Positions 60,095-64,000 of a DNA stretch of 64,000 bases are shown here, in pieces. Position 1 is the stretch's first letter. Each line of letters opens with the position of its first letter. This DNA is from Candidatus Eiseniibacteriota bacterium (GTDB lineage: Bacteria > Eisenbacteria > RBG-16-71-46 > CAIMUX01 > VGJL01), in the NCBI GenBank assembly GCA_963792585.1, contig CAWBWI010000001.1, positions 128,001 to 192,000 on the forward strand, written 5' to 3'. The position numbers and the translations under genes are program-made. Below the pieces are notes generated by a model. The model made no database searches. It was not told the DNA's origin and was given only the letters and a program-made list of their open reading frames with translations.

Positions 60095-63000
60095 ATGCGC
60101 GCACGACCCTTATGCCGGTTCTTCTGGCTGATCACCCTGTTCCTGGCGGTTTCCCCGGCTTGGGCAGTCGGCGCGACCGCGGTGAACCTCGGCTGGAACT
60201 GGGACCAGGTCACGGTCCGGCAGTCTCAGGACGGATCCGCGGAATACGCGGTTTCAGGCTCCTTTCTCCATCTGAGCGCGCCGGGAGAGCCCAACCTCCC
60301 CGCCTACCTCGTCCGGGCTGAAGCGCCGGAGGGCGCTCGCGTGGCCGGATTCCACCTGATCGGGGAGTCGACCTCCGAGCGCGACGTTCAGGGGACGCTG
60401 GCAGCGGCAGCCCTCGATCGGCCCAGCGAGGACGGCGGGCCGCTGATCGTCGATCCGAAGCGCGAGGCCTACCAGGCCGCTCAGTATCCGGAGCAGAGGG
60501 TGCGGTTCCTTGGGATGACCTTGGGGGATGGCAAGGTGTGGGCCCACTTCGCCGTCTATCCTCTGGTGTCTCGCCTCGGGACACGCCTCTCCCTGCTGGA
60601 AAGGGGCGTGCTGGAGATCTCGTATGCCGACGACCCGTCGGCCCAGCTTCCGGTGAAGAACCTCCGACCGCAGGTCGCGGAATCCGGCAAGCGCAGCGGC
60701 GGATATGCGCACCCTCTCGATGCGGGGGATAGCGCGGCGGACGAAAAGCCGTCCCTCAGCGGCGAGCCGGTAGAGTATCTGGTCATCGCGCCCGAAGCGT
60801 TCAAGACGACGATCCTGACGCTCGTGAACTGGAAGAACCTCACGGGGACCCCCGCCACGGTCCGCACCGTCGAGTGGATTCTTCAGAACTACCCGAACGG
60901 GGTGGACGAGCCCCAGAGAATCCGGTCCTTCATTCGCGATGCGTACCGCTACTGGGGAACGAAATACGTCCTGATGGCCGGAGGACCGGCACAGGTCCCG
61001 GTCCGATATTGCCGTTACTGGTCCTGGTCGGTCCCCCTCGATATCCTGACGGACAACTACTTCGCTTGCCTCGACGGCGAGTGGAACGCAGACGGGGACC
61101 AGTACTTCGGCGAGGGCCGCCACATCTCGGAGCCGGCGAACCCCATCGGGGACCAGGTCGATTTCGATCCGGAGCTGATGATCGGTCGGGTCCCGGCGCA
61201 GAGCGCGGAACAGCTGAACATCTGGGTGACGAAGTACCTCACTTACGTTCGATCACCGGACCTGGGTGGCTACCTCGACCGGATGCTCTTGCTCGGAGAG
61301 GTGCTGTTCAACAACCAGTGGACACGCCAGGAACTGCAGCAGACGCCGGGCCACAACTATGTTTGCGGCCGCAGCCCTTGCCCGTCCGCCTGTAGGTTGT
61401 GCATCAGCCTCGATGGAGCGGATGACTGCGTCTCCGTGGTGGGGACCCTCACGATCGCAAGCCAGAACGACCCCACCGTGGTCACCATGACGCCGGTTGA
61501 ATTGTACGAATACTACGAGTACTGGCAGACGCACGGACGTCCGCAGGCGCTTCTGGAGAAGAGGCTGGACGTTCTCGCACAGATCAACCAGGGCGCAGGC
61601 TTCATCCACCACGTCGGGCACGGGGACAAGGATCGGATGTCGATCGGCACCGGAACAGGCCTGGACGGGGCCGGCCGACTCGTGGTCGAGGACGCCCGGG
61701 CTCTGACGAACGGCCCGAGACAGGGGATCATCTATGCGATCAACTGCACCTCCGCCGCGATCGACTACGACTGCGTGGCCGAGGGCTTCCTCTTCAACCC
61801 CAATGGAGGAGCGGTCTGCTACGTCGGCTCCACGAACCTCGACTTCCCGGCCGCCGCGTCCGGGTTCCAGAGCCTCTGGTACTCCAAGCTGTTGATCGAC
61901 AAGTACGACAGCATCGGGCTCGCATTCAAGGAGACACTCTCCCAGATGGCGTCCCACATCGGCTCGAGTGGGAATGACGAGAACTCCTACCGGTTCCTCA
62001 GCTTCAGCCTCATCACGCTCGGCGATCCCCAGATGCGTACGTGGCTCGGAACTCCGAAGCCGATAACGGTCAACGCCCTCACCGGCATCGACCTCGGCGA
62101 CTCGACCTTCACGGTCACCGTGCGTCGCGAGGGGCAACCACTTCCGGGCGCGCGCGTCTGCGCCTACAAGGCGAGCGACACATTCGCGGTGGGCACAACC
62201 GGCGTCGACGGCGTCACCGTGCTGCCTTTCCGGCCCTCGAAGACCGGGACGTTCCGGCTCGGAATCACCCATGCCACTTCTGTGCCCTACTACGACACGG
62301 GGACGCGCAATGTGATCGGACCTCCGGCGCAACCCGGTCTTGCGATCAGCGCATTGTCCATCGTCGACGACAACCTCCAGGGAGCCGCGGGCAATGGGAA
62401 TGGGCTCTTCGAGGAGGGCGAGACGGTCGATCTGGACGTGAGCCTCACCAACGGCGGCTCGGGCGCCGCGCAGGGGGCCACTCTCACGCTGGCGATCTCG
62501 CCGCCGGCCCTTGAGGAGTGGATCGACGTGCTCAAGGACTCGCAAACGGTGTCGACGACGATCTCCCCGAATGCGACCGCTGTGATCACCCGGGCCTTCC
62601 GCCTGAAGATTCGACCGGGAGCCGGTGCGGGGCTCTACCAGAACGGGGATCGCCTGCCGTTCATCGCCGACATCCGGGTTACGACCGGCACCGGGACGGA
62701 GAGAACGAACGTCTTCGAGTATCTCGTGCCTGCATACCGGCCGCTCTTCGACTTCGAAACCGGGACCATCAACGAGATCGTCGGCAACGACAACGGGCGG
62801 CCGGATGACGGCGAGACGCTCGAGTGGATCCCGAGGCTCCGGAACGTGAGCACGGGGGCGGCCGCGAACCTCTCCGGCTTCCTGTCGAACATCGCCGGCG
62901 GCACCGTGGTCAACGGTTCCTCCCCGCTCGAGAATGCCGAGTCGGGGCAGTTGCTCTCCGCGACCGCGCCCTTCCGATTCACGGTCGAGAATTCCGGGAC

Positions 63001-64000
63001 GTTGAAGATGAACTTCACCGTTCGATCGACTCTGGATCCGAACTTCCTGTTCCTCCAGCGGCCGGTCGAGTTCAATGCACCCCAATCTCCCGAGTTCTCG
63101 GACAGCACGACGCTGCAAGCGGGACCCGACGCGATAAAGGTCGTCTGGAACTCGGCGCCCGCGACCGACGTGGGTGGCTATGTCGTGGAGCGTGGCCTGG
63201 CTCCGGAAGGACCGTTCACCCGTCTCCAATCCCGCCTGATCCTCGGGCGCTACATCAATGACGACGGGCTCCAAGGACTCCACAAGTACTACTACCGCGT
63301 TGCGGCGATCGACTCGTCGGGCAACGCCAGCGCCTATTCCCAGGTCAAGGAAGCGACCACCGGGCCCGCCATTCTGGCCGGATGGCCGTATGCGATCGCA
63401 GCGGGCCCGAACCAGGGTTGTCCGACGGTCGAGAACATCGACCAGCAAGGCGACAACGAGGTCCTCATCTCCGCGAAGAACATCCTGGGACTTCGCAGCG
63501 ACGGGGTCGAGATCACCGATGGGGACGGCATTCCGTCGACCCCCGGCGTCTGGTCGGGATTCGGTGCGGAGTACTGGAGCAAGCCGGCCGTCGCGGATAT
63601 CGACGGCGACGGCAAGCCCGAGATCGTGGCGACGTCTCGCAGGGACACGGGCACCACGGGGGCGGCCCAGGTTCTGGCCTGGAGTAACGACGGGACCCTG
63701 CTCTGGCAGAAGTCCGCCGGGAGCAGCACCTACCTGCTCGCCTCACCCGTGCTGGCCGACATCGCGGGCGACTCCATGCTCGAGGTCATTGCCGAGAATC
63801 GCGGCGTGCTCTACGCCTGGAACGCGGACGGTTCGCCCGTGATCTCCTCGAACGCGGACGGGATGCTCGTCTATGCGGCGGGGGTCGTGCAGTCCGACCC
63901 GGCGGCGATTCCCTATACGGCGGGTTCGCCGGCCGCGGCGGACCTCGACGACGACGGCAAGGACAAGATCATCTTTGGCGTCGAGACGATCGTCGAAGGG
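60095..64000 (+). CDS. C25 (gingipain-like) cysteine peptidase with propeptide, Ig/FN3 and FG-GAP repeats; runs off the window
   Basis: Hand-translated, absent from the ORF track. GAGGAGG RBS, signal peptide, PGEPNLP propeptide, EYLVIAP, KYVLMAG, IGRVP, GHG (His), INCTS (Cys), YYYRVAAID (FN3), ADIDGDGKPEIV and ADLDDDGKDKII. Confidence 0.88.
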   Translation, partial: MRARPLCRFFWLITLFLAVSPAWAVGATAVNLGWNWDQVTVRQSQDGSAEYAVSGSFLHLSAPGEPNLPAYLVRAEAPEGARVAGFHLIGESTSERDVQGTLAAAALDRPSEDGGPLIVDPKREAYQAAQYPEQRVRFLGMTLGDGKVWAHFAVYPLVSRLGTRLSLLERGVLEISYADDPSAQLPVKNLRPQVAESGKRSGGYAHPLDAGDSAADEKPSLSGEPVEYLVIAPEAFKTTILTLVNWKNLTGTPATVRTVEWILQNYPNGVDEPQRIRSFIRDAYRYWGTKYVLMAGGPAQVPVRYCRYWSWSVPLDILTDNYFACLDGEWNADGDQYFGEGRHISEPANPIGDQVDFDPELMIGRVPAQSAEQLNIWVTKYLTYVRSPDLGGYLDRMLLLGEVLFNNQWTRQELQQTPGHNYVCGRSPCPSACRLCISLDGADDCVSVVGTLTIASQNDPTVVTMTPVELYEYYEYWQTHGRPQALLEKRLDVLAQINQGAGFIHHVGHGDKDRMSIGTGTGLDGAGRLVVEDARALTNGPRQGIIYAINCTSAAIDYDCVAEGFLFNPNGGAVCYVGSTNLDFPAAASGFQSLWYSKLLIDKYDSIGLAFKETLSQMASHIGSSGNDENSYRFLSFSLITLGDPQMRTWLGTPKPITVNALTGIDLGDSTFTVTVRREGQPLPGARVCAYKASDTFAVGTTGVDGVTVLPFRPSKTGTFRLGITHATSVPYYDTGTRNVIGPPAQPGLAISALSIVDDNLQGAAGNGNGLFEEGETVDLDVSLTNGGSGAAQGATLTLAISPPALEEWIDVLKDSQTVSTTISPNATAVITRAFRLKIRPGAGAGLYQNGDRLPFIADIRVTTGTGTERTNVFEYLVPAYRPLFDFETGTINEIVGNDNGRPDDGETLEWIPRLRNVSTGAAANLSGFLSNIAGGTVVNGSSPLENAESGQLLSATAPFRFTVENSGTLKMNFTVRSTLDPNFLFLQRPVEFNAPQSPEFSDSTTLQAGPDAIKVVWNSAPATDVGGYVVERGLAPEGPFTRLQSRLILGRYINDDGLQGLHKYYYRVAAIDSSGNASAYSQVKEATTGPAILAGWPYAIAAGPNQGCPTVENIDQQGDNEVLISAKNILGLRSDGVEITDGDGIPSTPGVWSGFGAEYWSKPAVADIDGDGKPEIVATSRRDTGTTGAAQVLAWSNDGTLLWQKSAGSSTYLLASPVLADIAGDSMLEVIAENRGVLYAWNADGSPVISSNADGMLVYAAGVVQSDPAAIPYTAGSPAAADLDDDGKDKIIFGVETIVEG

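Noticed and set aside
61253..63448. 731-aa minus-strand ORF, and similar long shadows such as 14565-16502, 26063-27856 and 53170-54777
   Set aside because: Antisense or alternate-frame artefacts of GC-rich codon usage over well-supported genes.

Overview
A GC-rich bacterial chromosomal segment, roughly two-thirds G+C by eye, with about 50 genes. No rRNA, tRNA, CRISPR array or mobile element is visible. Several secreted proteins carry FlgD-Ig/T9SS-like C-terminal tails, and there is a fused ccoNO and a gingipain-like C25 peptidase. These suggest an FCB-related diderm such as Ca. Eisenbacteria or Latescibacterota (inference only). Main blocks: (1) 1.5-11.8 kb, a candidate sigma-54 stress/envelope regulon: class D sortase with an MPKTA-tailed substrate, otsA-DUF5752-treT trehalose genes, small stress membrane proteins, three beta-barrels, an OmpA lipoprotein and an NtrC-like activator. 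Four near-consensus -24/-12 promoters lie in this block and a fifth at 18.6 kb, each with TTGTAG about 100-125 bp upstream. (2) A cbb3 oxidase cluster (ccoI-S-NO-Q-P-G). (3) A hybrid histidine kinase. (4) A Ser/Thr kinase-STAND-TPR protein next to a full-length CLCA-like metalloprotease. (5) A SAM-I riboswitch ahead of metK. (6) efp, amidase, nfu and ubiE. (7) A heptaheme cytochrome c with a secretion-type tail. (8) Glycosyltransferases, acpS, HU and a 3'-truncated C25 peptidase missed by the ORF track. Three genes have frameshifts (OPT transporter six times, S9 peptidase, and a secreted repeat protein), most likely sequencing indels. All calls come from motif reading; no database searches were run.
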